A DNA stretch of 64,000 nt from a bacterium (lineage in GTDB: Bacteria; Fidelibacterota; Fidelibacteria; Fidelibacterales; Fidelibacteraceae), in assembly GCA_963676395.1 (NCBI GenBank), contig OY781066.1, forward strand, positions 1,440,001 to 1,504,000, read 5' to 3'. The notes beneath the pieces are model-generated. The model was given only the letters and a program-made list of their open reading frames with translations. It did no database searches and was not told the DNA's origin. Shown here in pieces: positions 8,901-19,207 of this stretch (position 1 is the stretch's first letter; each line of letters begins with the position of its first letter). The position numbers and the translations under genes are program-made.

Positions 8901-10052
8901 ATGGCTGAATCAAAACGACTAGTTGCATTAGATGTATTCAGAGGAGCCACTGTTGCCCTGATGATCCTTGTAAATAATCCCGGTTCATGGGGTGCTCAGT
9001 ATCCTGCATTAAAACATGCAGCATGGCATGGCTGGACACCTACAGACTTTGTTTTTCCATTTTTCTTATTTATCGTTGGTGTTGCGATGGCTTTTGCTTT
9101 TCGTAAATATGATTATGAATTGAATAAGGATGCCAAAAAAAAGATCATTAAAAGAACACTGATCTTATATGGAATTGGAATATTTTTGGCCTTGTTAAGG
9201 CCGGTAAGCGGCGCGAATTTCGGTGAAGTTATTCATAATCTTTTTGCAAATTGGCGATTGGTTGGTGTGTTCCCCCGAATTGCCTTGTGTTATCTATTTG
9301 CTTCGTTGATCGTCCTGAAATTCAGTCATAAAACCGTTATTTGGATATCTGTCTCAATTTTAGTCGGCTATTGGGTATTGTTAGCCGCCACCGGTGGATA
9401 TGGTATCGAAGATGTTTTGGTAAGAAAATTTGATCTTGCAATATTGGGTGATGGTCATATGTATCACGGGTATCGTGATTCACTGGGTAATCGTATTGCT
9501 TTTGATCCAGAAGGTCTATTAAGCACTCTTCCCGCAATTGTTACCACCATACTTGGTTATTTTACCGGTATGCTTATTTTAAAAACACCGGATAAAAAAG
9601 AATTGGTGAAAAAGATCCTTATTCGTGGAGCTGCTTTTCTTGCCTTAGGTTTGGTTTGGGGTCTGTTTTTTCCAATCAATAAACCTATCTGGTCTTCATC
9701 TTATGTTGTATTAATGGGTGGTTGGGCCATGATATTCTTAGGCCTGTCAATTCTAGTTATTGATGTGCTCGGATGGAAGGGTGCAACTGAGCCTTTTGTT
9801 GTATTTGGTTCAAATCCACTATTTATATTTGTATTATCAGCGCTTTATGCAAAAACGATCGCCTTTTTTAAATTTATTCCTATGGGTGATAAGCTTGTAG
9901 GTATTAAAACATGGGTGTTTTATAACTGGTTTATGCCAATGGCAAATTATTCCAAGATAGATGCTTCTTTGTTATTTGCTTTAACAACGATTACGATCTT
10001 TTGGGCAATTTCATTAGTCCTTTATAAGAAAAAAATATTTATCAAAATATAG
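8901..10052 (+). CDS. HGSNAT/NagX-like membrane acyltransferase-family protein (DUF5009-like)
   Basis: RLVALDVFRG, LVNNPGSW, HAAWHGWTPTDFVFPFFLF, FDPEGLLST, PINKPIWSSSY. Start moved to ATG 8901 (AAGGA 7 nt upstream). Confidence 0.85.
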   Translation: MAESKRLVALDVFRGATVALMILVNNPGSWGAQYPALKHAAWHGWTPTDFVFPFFLFIVGVAMAFAFRKYDYELNKDAKKKIIKRTLILYGIGIFLALLRPVSGANFGEVIHNLFANWRLVGVFPRIALCYLFASLIVLKFSHKTVIWISVSILVGYWVLLAATGGYGIEDVLVRKFDLAILGDGHMYHGYRDSLGNRIAFDPEGLLSTLPAIVTTILGYFTGMLILKTPDKKELVKKILIRGAAFLALGLVWGLFFPINKPIWSSSYVVLMGGWAMIFLGLSILVIDVLGWKGATEPFVVFGSNPLFIFVLSALYAKTIAFFKFIPMGDKLVGIKTWVFYNWFMPMANYSKIDASLLFALTTITIFWAISLVLYKKKIFIKI

Positions 10053-10061
10053 GAGAAGATC

Positions 10062-11297
10062 ATGAAAAAGAAACTAAATGTAATATTACTATGTATTTTA
10101 GCTGTCTCCATATTGATTGCAAAGCCGAAAGTCAAGCTGGGTATTGATGTGCTGGAAGATCGTGGATTTGATCTTTTAAAAGGGAAAAAAGTTGCCTTGA
10201 TCACCAATCCCACGGGTGTAAGTCAGGATCTTCGTTCTACGGTTGATATCCTTTTTGAAGCACCTGAAGTTGAACTCGTTGCTCTTTTTGGTCCCGAACA
10301 TGGTGTTCGTGGAAATTTCTTTGCCGGCGATAAAGTTGATGATGATATAGATCCACTCACAGGAGTTCCTGTTTATTCATTATATGGTAAACGTAAACGA
10401 CCCACTCCAGAGTCACTCAAAGATGTAGATGTATTGATTTTTGATATTCAGGATATTGGCTGTCGTTCTTATACCTATATTAGTACAATGGGTCGTTGCA
10501 TGGAAGCTGCGGCAGAAAACGATGTTGAGTTTATGGTCCTCGATCGTCCCAATCCTTTAACCGGAAATATTGTTGAAGGTGCTACGGTAAAAGATGGTTT
10601 CCATTCAGGTGTTTCGGCCTATAAAATTCCCTATGTTCATGGCTTGACTATCGGTGAATTGGCTCAAGTTTATAATGAAGAGGGTTTGCTTAGAAATGGT
10701 GATAAATGCAAGCTGACCGTAGTGCCTATGAAGGGTTGGAAACGTAAAATGGCATTTGATGATACCGGTCTTCAGTGGGTACCTTCATCACCTCATATTC
10801 CAGAAGGTAATACACCACCATATTATGTTTCTACAGGTGTTATTGGTGAATTCTATCAATTGAATATTGGTGTTGGCTATACGATTCCTTTTAAATGTTA
10901 TGCGGCTGAATGGATAGATGGCAATGAGCTGGCTAAAGAAATGAATGCTCTTGGTTTAGAAGGAGTAACGTTCAGACCGATCGCTTATGACCCATTTTAC
11001 GGTGCAGACAAAGGGAAGCATGTACAAGGTGTACAGATTCATATTACAGATTTTAAAAAAGTGGAACTCATGTACTTGCAATTCCGTTTCTTAGAAGTAC
11101 ACTATCGCTTGTATCCCGAACATGATCTGTTTGAAATGAGTAAGAATCGCTGGAGAATGTTCGACTTGGTTTGTGGAACTGATGAAATTAGAACTGAATT
11201 TATGAAAAACCACAAATTTGAAGATATTAAGCCCATATTTGAAAGGGATGTAAACGAATTTAAAGAAATGTCTAAGAAATATTATCTTTATAGATAG
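10062..11297 (+). CDS. namZ: Exo-beta-N-acetylmuramidase NamZ family (DUF1343), with signal peptide
   Basis: LITNPTG, LFGPEHGVRG, FDIQDIGCRSYTY, LDRPNP, HGLTIGELA, WVPSSPHIP. Confidence 0.9.
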   Translation: MKKKLNVILLCILAVSILIAKPKVKLGIDVLEDRGFDLLKGKKVALITNPTGVSQDLRSTVDILFEAPEVELVALFGPEHGVRGNFFAGDKVDDDIDPLTGVPVYSLYGKRKRPTPESLKDVDVLIFDIQDIGCRSYTYISTMGRCMEAAAENDVEFMVLDRPNPLTGNIVEGATVKDGFHSGVSAYKIPYVHGLTIGELAQVYNEEGLLRNGDKCKLTVVPMKGWKRKMAFDDTGLQWVPSSPHIPEGNTPPYYVSTGVIGEFYQLNIGVGYTIPFKCYAAEWIDGNELAKEMNALGLEGVTFRPIAYDPFYGADKGKHVQGVQIHITDFKKVELMYLQFRFLEVHYRLYPEHDLFEMSKNRWRMFDLVCGTDEIRTEFMKNHKFEDIKPIFERDVNEFKEMSKKYYLYR

Positions 11298-11305
11298 GAG
11301 TTAAA

Positions 11306-14300
11306 ATGAAAAAAGTGTTGAGTGTATTATTGCTTTTTTGCCTGATGGCAGGAATGCTTTTTGCTACGGAAAACAGAGAGTTTCGTGCAACCTGGTCTAG
11401 GACTTGGGACCAATATTCAAGTTCATTGGGTGCTGAAGCTTTAAAGGCAAGAACAGATGCTATTCTTGATAAACATGTGGAAGCCGGTATGAATGCCGTG
11501 TTATGGCATGTGCGTCAGGGTGGAACGGTTTATTATCCTTCTGCTATTGAACCATGGGGTCCATATTTGGGGTACTCTGATCCAGGTTACGATCCTTTGG
11601 AATATGCTATTAAAGAAGCGCATAAGCGTGGGCTTGAGGTGCATGTATGGTTTAATACTTTTCATTGCTCAAGTACACATACCGGAGCCCCTGCGGAAGA
11701 ACATCCCGAGTGGGTATGTCGGGATGGTGATGGCAATCCAATGGGATCATCCAAATCTTTATCTCCGGGCTTGAAAGACGTTAGAGATTATACCATCAAT
11801 CTGGTAGTAGAGATTGTTAGTAATTATGATATTGATGGTATCCATTTTGATTATGTTCGTTGGAATGAGTATGATAATACCGAAGCTGGTATTATGTTTG
11901 CGAAACAGGCTGAAGAACTTGAACTCGGTGATGGTGAATATACACCTGAAATGCAATCGTATTTCGAAGATCGTGACAGAAAAGAACATGAAAATTCATT
12001 AAATAAATCAACGGTAAATACTGCAAGTAATAAGTATTTATTTGATATTGAACATCCTGAAAGCGGTGGAATTCCGGACAGTACGGATTTGTACCCCAAT
12101 GCAACGCCTGGTGTTAAATTTGCTTCTTGGGGAGATTGGCGTCGAGGTGCTACAAGTGTATTTGTTAAAGCAGCCCATGATACTGTACAACAAATTAAGC
12201 CTTGGGTTAAAGTTTCTCCCGCCGCATTAGGTCGTTATAAAGAAGCCAGTTGGAATGGATATTACTCTGTATTCCAGGATGCAGCTAAGTGGTTTAATGA
12301 GGGGTGGATTGATCTATTGACACCTATGTGCTATCATTGGTATTCCGGAAGCACTATGAAGAGTCATTTGATAAGTGACTGGCAATCAAATTTATCAGGT
12401 GGTAGATCCGTTGGTCGCCCATTTTCTGTTGGACCGGGTTCATATCTTATGGAAAATAATTGGAGTGCTCATAAAAGTATTGTAGATGCATGCCGTACAC
12501 TGGATTGGGTTAAAGGTTTTCAATTTTATTCCTACGGAGAGTGGAAATATTCAATTTTTCCGACAGAAAGTTCACATTCGGTTTTTGCATATTTATCAAA
12601 ACATCCCGAGTATGCATTTTTGAATGCTACGGTACCTCCTACACCTTCTGTAGCCATTGTACCACAATCGGGCAATGACTCGTTATATACTTTAAATATC
12701 ACGCCTGATCCCAGTATCTCAGATGATCAGTGGTTTGTGATCTATCGTTCAAATGATAGTAATATTGATGTTAATAGCGATGAAATCATTCAAATTGTAT
12801 TTGCTGATTCTGCCTTTTCATTGCAAGAATACTTTAATGGTCTGCAGAAAAATGCAGGTCGTTATTATTATGGTGTAACACAGTGTTCACGTTATTGGGT
12901 CGAATCACCTGTATCAAATATTGTATCAACCGCTGACCTACCCAGCGATCTTCCTATTATTGTGGTAAATGATCCTGTGGATGGCGCTGTTAATGTTCCT
13001 AATAACAAAGTTGTTGAAATCAACTTTAATAAAAGTATGGATGCAGCATCTGTTGAAGCAAACTTAACGATTAGTCCTGAACCTGTAAATAAAGTAATAT
13101 CCTGGGATAACCCCAGTTGGGTAAAAGACGATCATTTGGTTTTATATATTTCAGCATCATGGGCTTTTGATACAGAATATACCATTACCGTTGGTGGCAG
13201 CACTTTAGATCAGGCTGGCTTGAACTTGGATGCTAATGTTGACGGCACTGCCGGTGATGATTATACTTTTTCATTTACAATTTCAAGTGCAGATTCTGAA
13301 CCACCTGTCATTTCCTTTGCGTACCCCGATGAAGGAGAGTCTATGGTTGATACAGACTTGCCTGTAACATTGATTTTCAATGAAAGATTAAATACATCTA
13401 CATTGGCAGGTAAATTCCTATTTCAATATACCGATTTGGAAATTGAACCATCCTATACGGTATTTACCGGTAGCGATGATCTCACCTATATTAATGTGAA
13501 ACCGGCTTCTTATTTTCCTGCATCTTCAAGTATTACATTGCAAATGTTAGCGGGAATTGCCGATACTGCCGGAAATGAAATGGGTGCAGAAAGTATTACA
13601 TTCGAAACGGATAGTACTCACTACGTGAGAAGAAAATTGGTAGATTATTTTCTTTCCGAAAATGCTTGGTGGGGAGCAACTAACTCAGGTTCTACCAGTG
13701 GTTTAAATGGTAGCGGCTCAACGACGAATATTCAGAGTACAAATCGTGTTTCCGGTTTTGCTCCTGACTACAAAGCCTTGAAAATTGTATTGGACCCGGT
13801 TTCCGATACGTGGTTTGCTCGAATACATAATCCTGACTTGAAAAATAATTCTAATATTGATACATCCATGAACATGCAAGCTTATGTTTATGGTGACGGA
13901 AGTGGATATAAATTTAGATTTAGCTTAGCTGAACGATCAGGCGCTAATTTGTTTGAAGTGTCACCATGGTTTACGGTTGATTGGATTGGTTGGAAACTTG
14001 TTGAGTGGGATATCAGCGATACCAAGAACTTTGGTGATTGGGGTGGTATGACCGGTAAAACGCTTGATGGAACTTCTTATGGTTTAGAATCATTGCAGTT
14101 TGCTTCGGGTGATATTGATCCTCAGCACACTGTTACATGTTATGTTGATCAGATAAGGACAGTTGATAAACTTGAAGGTCCTTATCCCGAAAACCATCGT
14201 CCAACGATCGAGGCGATTGCTGATACGACAGTTAAACCGGCAACTTCCGTATATTATTATGCTGAATATAGTGATCCTGATCCTTCGGATGCTTTAACTC

Positions 14301-14767
14301 TATTCGTTATTCCCGATACTTCTGCTGTATCAATTAGACATTATAGCAGTCCGGCGAATAAGGTCAGATTAAAAGCGGCATCCGATTATACAGGTGCTTG
14401 TGATGTTCTGTTTGTTATCAAAGATAACGGTATCGGTGAATTGTCTGATACGGCAAAATTTACATTTAATGTTTCTATGAACCCTGCCGTAGTAGATGTA
14501 CCGGAAAGCTTTAAACTGCATGCTAATTATCCCAATCCTTTTAATCCGGTGACTACCTTGCGTTTCGATCTGCCTAAAGCAGATAATGTAAAGGTTGAGA
14601 TCTTTAATACTGTTGGACGACTTGTTTCAGTATTGACAGATCGTTATATGGAAGCCGGATCATGGGAAGTCAATTTTGATGCCTCATTCTTGAGCTCGGG
14701 TGTTTATTTATATAAGGTAACAGCCGGAACGGATGTAGCTGTTGATAAGATGACCTTGCTTAAGTAA
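11306..14767 (+). CDS. Secreted glycoside hydrolase-like family 10 (DUF187/YddW-DigH-like) with Ig-like domains and T9SS-type CTD
   Basis: Signal peptide; EFRATW, YDPLEYAIKEAHKRGLEVHVWFN, YDIDGIHFDY; two Big_5-like repeats (INFNKSMD, IFNERLN); C-terminal NYPNPFNPVT...SSGVYLY. Confidence 0.85.
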   Translation: MKKVLSVLLLFCLMAGMLFATENREFRATWSRTWDQYSSSLGAEALKARTDAILDKHVEAGMNAVLWHVRQGGTVYYPSAIEPWGPYLGYSDPGYDPLEYAIKEAHKRGLEVHVWFNTFHCSSTHTGAPAEEHPEWVCRDGDGNPMGSSKSLSPGLKDVRDYTINLVVEIVSNYDIDGIHFDYVRWNEYDNTEAGIMFAKQAEELELGDGEYTPEMQSYFEDRDRKEHENSLNKSTVNTASNKYLFDIEHPESGGIPDSTDLYPNATPGVKFASWGDWRRGATSVFVKAAHDTVQQIKPWVKVSPAALGRYKEASWNGYYSVFQDAAKWFNEGWIDLLTPMCYHWYSGSTMKSHLISDWQSNLSGGRSVGRPFSVGPGSYLMENNWSAHKSIVDACRTLDWVKGFQFYSYGEWKYSIFPTESSHSVFAYLSKHPEYAFLNATVPPTPSVAIVPQSGNDSLYTLNITPDPSISDDQWFVIYRSNDSNIDVNSDEIIQIVFADSAFSLQEYFNGLQKNAGRYYYGVTQCSRYWVESPVSNIVSTADLPSDLPIIVVNDPVDGAVNVPNNKVVEINFNKSMDAASVEANLTISPEPVNKVISWDNPSWVKDDHLVLYISASWAFDTEYTITVGGSTLDQAGLNLDANVDGTAGDDYTFSFTISSADSEPPVISFAYPDEGESMVDTDLPVTLIFNERLNTSTLAGKFLFQYTDLEIEPSYTVFTGSDDLTYINVKPASYFPASSSITLQMLAGIADTAGNEMGAESITFETDSTHYVRRKLVDYFLSENAWWGATNSGSTSGLNGSGSTTNIQSTNRVSGFAPDYKALKIVLDPVSDTWFARIHNPDLKNNSNIDTSMNMQAYVYGDGSGYKFRFSLAERSGANLFEVSPWFTVDWIGWKLVEWDISDTKNFGDWGGMTGKTLDGTSYGLESLQFASGDIDPQHTVTCYVDQIRTVDKLEGPYPENHRPTIEAIADTTVKPATSVYYYAEYSDPDPSDALTLFVIPDTSAVSIRHYSSPANKVRLKAASDYTGACDVLFVIKDNGIGELSDTAKFTFNVSMNPAVVDVPESFKLHANYPNPFNPVTTLRFDLPKADNVKVEIFNTVGRLVSVLTDRYMEAGSWEVNFDASFLSSGVYLYKVTAGTDVAVDKMTLLK

Positions 14768-14792
14768 AAGGAAAAAAATTAATAGTAAAAAA

Positions 14793-14822
14793 GTAGGGCG
14801 ACTGTTTAGTCGCCCTTTTTTT
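14793..14822 (+). terminator. Intrinsic terminator (GTAG-led hairpin)
   Basis: AGGGCGACT-gttt-AGTCGCCCT followed by a T run. Confidence 0.75.
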
Positions 14823-14990
14823 ATGGGGTACATTCATACGATCGCATTAATATATGTTCAATAGACTTTGTCTTATTTACTATGACTTCTTTTTCAAAAA
14901 AAACCCCATGTTTTTCCATCTTTGAATTGTTATATTATGCCATTGTAAAATAGGCTAATCATACTATTATTGTTCAATGGGAGATTTACA

Positions 14991-16328
14991 TTGAAGCTAT
15001 CTACATTTAAGAAAGGTCTTCACGCAGAAGACTACAAGTATTTCAGTCAAGATAAGGCGATTGAAACATTGCCTTTACCTGATGATGTTTACATTCCTTT
15101 ACAACAGCATATCGGTGCGCCATGTGAGGTAATCGTTGCTAAAGGAGATAAAGTAAAAACCGGCCAGATTATTGCGAATACTGATGCCTTCGTCGCGGCA
15201 CCGATCCATTCAACAGTAACAGGCGTGGTAAAGGATATTCAAAAATATTATCACCCTCTCGGCATGCGTGCGACCATGATCCACATTAAACGAGAAGCTG
15301 AAGATGAATGGGTAAAGTTAGATAAGATCGATGACTGGAAATGGGCGAAGAAAGAAGATGTCATCAAGGTGATCCGTCAGGCCGGTATTGTCGGTTTAGG
15401 CGGCGCCACTTTCCCAACTCATGTTAAACTTTCACCTCCAGATGATAAAACCATTGATTCTTTTATTTTGAATGGTGTTGAATGTGAGCCTTATCTGACT
15501 TCAGATGATCGTATGATGATCGAACAGACAGATAAGATACTTGAAGGTATGGCCATCATGATGCACATTCTTGATGTGAAAAGAGGGTACATCGGTATAG
15601 AAAACAATAAACCCGAAGCTATTGCGCAAATGAAAAAACGTGTGGTGGAATTGGGCTACCCTTTTAAAGTTGTTCCGTTGAAGGTTAAGTATCCTCAGGG
15701 TGCAGAAAAGATGTTGATTTATTCCGTGTTGAAACGCAATGTACCTGCCAATAAATTACCAATGGATGTTGGTGTTGTTGTAAATAATGTTGGTACGGCT
15801 TTGGCTGTTCAGCAGGCCATTATTGACCAAAAACCTTTGGTCGAACGCGTTGTTACTGTTACCGGTGATGGTGTGAATGAACCTAAGAACTTGATGGCTC
15901 GTATTGGTACACCTTTTGCAAATCTTTTTGAAGCCTGCAATGGTGTGAAAGATGAAGTACATAAAATATTTATGGGCGGCCCTATGATGGGTATGACCCA
16001 ATATCATTTAGAATCACCAGTGGTAAAAGGCAGCTCGGGTATTGTTGCCGTAACAGGTGATCTGATAGAAGAAATTTCACAATTCCCTTGTATTCGCTGT
16101 GGAGCATGTGTTGATGTATGTCCTATGAGTTTGATGCCTCTTCGATTGTCTAAGTTTTCACAGGCAAGAGAAGTTGATAAGCTTGAAGACTTCGGTGCAA
16201 TGAGCTGTATTGAATGCGGTTCTTGTTCCTTTATTTGTCCCGCGCATATTCCAATTGTTCAATGGATCAAAGTGGGTAAAGTCAGAGTCCGGGAAGCGGC
16301 AGCGAAAAAGGCAAAGGAGACAAAATGA
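14991..16328 (+). CDS. rnfC: Rnf complex subunit C
   Basis: QHIGAPC, AGIVGLGGATFP, NGVECEPYLTSD, YPQGAEK and two 4Fe-4S motifs (CIRCGACVDVCP, CIECGSCSFICP). TTG 14991 preferred because of upstream GGAG. Confidence 0.95.
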   Translation: MKLSTFKKGLHAEDYKYFSQDKAIETLPLPDDVYIPLQQHIGAPCEVIVAKGDKVKTGQIIANTDAFVAAPIHSTVTGVVKDIQKYYHPLGMRATMIHIKREAEDEWVKLDKIDDWKWAKKEDVIKVIRQAGIVGLGGATFPTHVKLSPPDDKTIDSFILNGVECEPYLTSDDRMMIEQTDKILEGMAIMMHILDVKRGYIGIENNKPEAIAQMKKRVVELGYPFKVVPLKVKYPQGAEKMLIYSVLKRNVPANKLPMDVGVVVNNVGTALAVQQAIIDQKPLVERVVTVTGDGVNEPKNLMARIGTPFANLFEACNGVKDEVHKIFMGGPMMGMTQYHLESPVVKGSSGIVAVTGDLIEEISQFPCIRCGACVDVCPMSLMPLRLSKFSQAREVDKLEDFGAMSCIECGSCSFICPAHIPIVQWIKVGKVRVREAAAKKAKETK

Positions 16329-17416
16329 CAGATACAAAGAAAAGTCCCGAAGAAGTCAAAGCGACTCCTGTGGCTCCCGAAAAAGAAGTAAAAAAAGTAG
16401 AAGAAAAACCCCCTGTAAAACCAAAACCGGATCCTCGTCGCCGTTTGTTTAAATCAGATCGTATGACGATTGTAGCTCCGGCTCCTCATAATAAGGGTCG
16501 TCATTCGGTGCCTCGTATCATGTATACGGTCATCGCTGCGTTGATCCCTGCTGTTGTGATGGCACTGCTTTTCTTTGGCACACAAGCTATGGTAACCATT
16601 ATGGTTGCAATATTTGCAGCTATTGTTGCTGAATATGCTTGCAATCGTATAATGAAAACCGGTTTGACCATTGATGATGGTTCAGCTATTTTGACAGGTT
16701 TATTGCTGGCATTGACTTTACCGCCGACGTTCCCGATTTGGGCGACTGCACTGGGTGCCGTTGTAGCTATTGTTTTTGGTAAACAGGTTTTTGGCGGTTT
16801 GGGTGGGAATATATTTAACCCTGCTTTATTGGGTCGTGCTTTTTTACAAGCTTCTTTTCCCGTTCAGATCACAACATGGACTGCCCCCCAGTTTGGTCAA
16901 TTGGATGCCGTAACGGGAGCAACTCCCTTGGCCGCATTTTTCTCGGGTAACGGTGAAACACCTTTTGTTGATCTTCTTTTCGGTAATGTTGGTGGATGTA
17001 TTGGCGAAACCTCGGCATTGGCTATTTTGATCCCTGGAATTGTACTATTATTTATGCGTTATGCAGATTGGCGCATTCCCGTTTCATATCTTGGTACGGT
17101 GTTTGTCTTTTCCGGAATTTTATTTTGGATAGACCCTGTTGCTTATCCTCATCCTGTATTTATGTTATTGTCCGGTGGTTTATTACTGGGTGCTTTCTTT
17201 ATGGCAACCGATATGGTATCTTCACCGGTTACACCGAAAGGAACATGGATTTACGGTATCGGTATGGGTATTGTACTGGTACTTATCAGGGTCTGGGGTG
17301 GTTTACCCGAAGGTGTCATGTACTCCATTCTATTCATGAATGGTTTAGTACCGTTGTTGAATCGTTGGACGCGACCAAAATACTTTGGCGAGATTCAACA
17401 GGATACAAGGAAATAG
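16325..17416 (+). CDS. rnfD: Rnf complex subunit D
   Basis: KQVFGGLGGNIFNPAL, FMN site DAVTGATPL, GCIGETS, FMATDMVSSP. Confidence 0.95.
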   Translation: MTDTKKSPEEVKATPVAPEKEVKKVEEKPPVKPKPDPRRRLFKSDRMTIVAPAPHNKGRHSVPRIMYTVIAALIPAVVMALLFFGTQAMVTIMVAIFAAIVAEYACNRIMKTGLTIDDGSAILTGLLLALTLPPTFPIWATALGAVVAIVFGKQVFGGLGGNIFNPALLGRAFLQASFPVQITTWTAPQFGQLDAVTGATPLAAFFSGNGETPFVDLLFGNVGGCIGETSALAILIPGIVLLFMRYADWRIPVSYLGTVFVFSGILFWIDPVAYPHPVFMLLSGGLLLGAFFMATDMVSSPVTPKGTWIYGIGMGIVLVLIRVWGGLPEGVMYSILFMNGLVPLLNRWTRPKYFGEIQQDTRK

Positions 17417-17425
17417 GAGGGGAGT

Positions 17426-18001
17426 ATGAATAGTACAGCAAAGATTATTATTGTTTTAACGATCATTACCATTATATCCGGTGCCGTTCTGGCTGTGTTG
17501 GATTCATTTACAGCACCCAGAATTGAAGCATATCAAAATAATCTCAAGAATGAGGCCGTCGCACAGGTATTGCCAAAAGGTGTGAAGGTAGAAGAGATCA
17601 CGAAAGATGGTACAACTATTTACAAGGCTACAAAAAAGGATAAAGAAGTCGGTTATGCTTTTCAGGTTTCCGGTGGTGGATACCAGAGTGAGCTTGTGAT
17701 TATGGTGGGAGTAACACCTGATTTTAAAAAGATCATTGGTACAAAGATGATTACTCAGGTGGAAACACCCGGATTGGGTACCAAGATCGAAGACGATCCT
17801 TCAAATAAAGACAATGCCGGGTGGTTTATGGCGCAGTTTGCCGGTGTAGCTTTAAGTCCGGAGATCACATATGTCAAGAATGCTAAACCTTCAAAAGCCA
17901 ATGAGATCGAAGCTATTACCGGGGCGACAATTTCATCGGCCGCGGTTGTGGATATCCTGAATAACGGTATTAAAGAGGCGAAAGCCTTGCTAAATAAATA
18001 A
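17426..18001 (+). CDS. rnfG: Rnf complex subunit G
   Basis: N-terminal TM, ETPGLG, FMN site ITGATISS. Confidence 0.92.
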   Translation: MNSTAKIIIVLTIITIISGAVLAVLDSFTAPRIEAYQNNLKNEAVAQVLPKGVKVEEITKDGTTIYKATKKDKEVGYAFQVSGGGYQSELVIMVGVTPDFKKIIGTKMITQVETPGLGTKIEDDPSNKDNAGWFMAQFAGVALSPEITYVKNAKPSKANEIEAITGATISSAAVVDILNNGIKEAKALLNK

Positions 18002-18022
18002 TTGATGTGTTGGAGTATGATT

Positions 18023-18625
18023 ATGAATAAAAAACCCGCAATTCAAGAATTTTTAAAAGGGCTTTGGGATGAAAATCCGGTACTCGTACAGCTACTGGGT
18101 TTGTGTCCGACCCTTGCGGTGACCGCCACTGCGGAAAATGGGTTGGCCATGGGGCTTGCCGCGACCTTCGTTCTGGTATGTTCATCTTTTCTTGTCTCAA
18201 TGTTTCGCAAAGTGATTCCCTCACAAGTTCGTATCGCAGCTTTTATTGTGATCATTGCAACTTTTGTGACCATTGCCGATAGATTTTTAGCCGCCTTTGT
18301 TCCAGACATCTCAAAAAGTCTCGGCCCCTTTATTCCCCTCATCATTGTAAACTGTATGATCCTCGGTCGCCAAGAAGCCTTTGCTTCCAAGAATGGCATT
18401 GGTCGTTCACTTTTAGATGCGCTGGGAATGGGACTTGGTTTTACGGCAACCTTGCTTGTGCTTTCTTCAATCCGTGAAATATTAGGAGCTGGCACATGGT
18501 TTGGTTTGACCCTCTTCCCAAGTGAATATGCATGGGGAGCTATGGCACTTGCGCCAGGTGCTTTTATTACTTTGGGTTGTTTGATCGCTGCCGCGAATTT
18601 GATCAATGAAAGGAGAAAAGCATGA
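18023..18625 (+). CDS. rnfE: Rnf complex subunit E
   Basis: ENPVLVQLLGLCPTLAV, IPLIIVNC. ATG 18023 chosen from the GGAG spacing. Confidence 0.93.
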   Translation: MNKKPAIQEFLKGLWDENPVLVQLLGLCPTLAVTATAENGLAMGLAATFVLVCSSFLVSMFRKVIPSQVRIAAFIVIIATFVTIADRFLAAFVPDISKSLGPFIPLIIVNCMILGRQEAFASKNGIGRSLLDALGMGLGFTATLLVLSSIREILGAGTWFGLTLFPSEYAWGAMALAPGAFITLGCLIAAANLINERRKA

Positions 18626-19194
18626 ATCTTTTAGTTATCTTTATTTCAGCCGCATTGATCAATAACTTTGTATTGCAGCAGTTTTTGGGTATTTGTCCTT
18701 TTGTTGGTGTGTCCAAGAAAGTTGATTCGTCTTTTTCAATGGGACTGGCTACAACCTTTGTGATGATCATTGCCGCTATGGTAACTTGGTTGATCTACCA
18801 TCTTATCTTAGTACCTTTCAATTTACAGATCCTACAATATGTGGCTTTTATTCTTGTGATCGCATCACTGGTGCAGTTTGTGGAAATGTTCATTAAGAAA
18901 GTTTCTAAACCGCTTTATGATGCCTTGGGTATTTTCTTGCCTTTGATTACAACAAACTGTGCTATTCTTGGTTTGGCTTTAACGGCTGTTCTAAAAGAAT
19001 ACAGTTTTATGGAAACATTGGTTTATGGTATCGGTGCCGGTGTTGGTTTTACCATGGCACTGGTTATTATGGCCGGTATTCGTGAAGAATTGGAATTGGT
19101 AGATGTACCAAAATCATTTCAGGGTGCTGCCATAACCATGGTCATCGCCGGCTCACTCGCTCTTGCCTTTATGGGCTTTGCAGGAATAATCTAA
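18622..19194 (+). CDS. rnfA: Rnf complex subunit A
   Basis: NNFVLQQFLGICPF, LGIFLPLITTNCAILG. Confidence 0.95.
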   Translation: MNLLVIFISAALINNFVLQQFLGICPFVGVSKKVDSSFSMGLATTFVMIIAAMVTWLIYHLILVPFNLQILQYVAFILVIASLVQFVEMFIKKVSKPLYDALGIFLPLITTNCAILGLALTAVLKEYSFMETLVYGIGAGVGFTMALVIMAGIREELELVDVPKSFQGAAITMVIAGSLALAFMGFAGII

Positions 19195-19207
19195 GGAAGT
19201 AGTAGAA

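Noticed and set aside
18043..18606. 187-aa antisense ORF, and the many other 60-145 aa ORFs overlapping larger genes
   Set aside because: Shadow frames of well-supported genes, with no motifs or RBS.
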